From NCBI RefSeq assembly GCF_009914755.1, contig NC_060941.1: a DNA stretch of 64,000 nucleotides. One strand, 5' to 3'. This DNA is from the human T2T-CHM13v2.0 reference genome, Homo sapiens. A program made the position numbers and the translations under genes. The first letter of the stretch is position 1. Each line of letters opens with the position of its first letter. A model generated the notes under the pieces. That model was not told the DNA's origin, ran no database searches, and was given only the letters and a program-made list of their open reading frames with translations. Shown piece by piece: positions 63,871 through 64,000 of the stretch.

Positions 63871-64000
63871 TTCTGCTCAGTTCATGGTGTCTCCTCAGCC
63901 ACTGTGTCCTGAGCCAAGAGATTTGAGTGTTTATGAAAACCAGCATTGTTTTCCCTCTTGGTCATGTAAGTCATGGGAAATTTTTGTGTGGTGATGCATA

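Overview
This window is primate (human-like) non-coding genomic DNA; I could not identify the locus. I find no host protein-coding exon, and nearly all long ORFs in the track come from retroelements or are chance. The largest element is a 5'-intact but inactivated L1PA4/5-like LINE-1 at about 9239-14835. It has two features that are unusual together. First, its 5'UTR is joined exactly at the known L1 splice donor and acceptor (…CAGCTGAG|CTTTGAAG…, the SpIRE 97/622 junction). Second, it carries about 170 bp of 3'-transduced non-L1 sequence with its own AATAAA and A-tail, inside a TSD that splits a MIR. Other content: 24 dimeric Alus plus one monomer; a near full-length Hsmar2 mariner holding a tail-to-tail inverted Alu pair about 43 bp apart; a full-length 7SL retrocopy; many DNA-transposon fossils (MER2, MER63, Charlie, MER5A, MER1B, Tigger3, MER82-like, MER33); solo LTRs (LTR16, MLT1, MST); old L1M/L2/MIR; and a 43-bp x5 minisatellite whose unit starts on the MER2 terminal repeat. 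I see no support for a wholly new multi-gene system. The best lead is the spliced-and-transducing L1, whose source element should be traceable. Repeat subfamily names come from recalled consensus sequences and need confirmation with RepeatMasker/Dfam.
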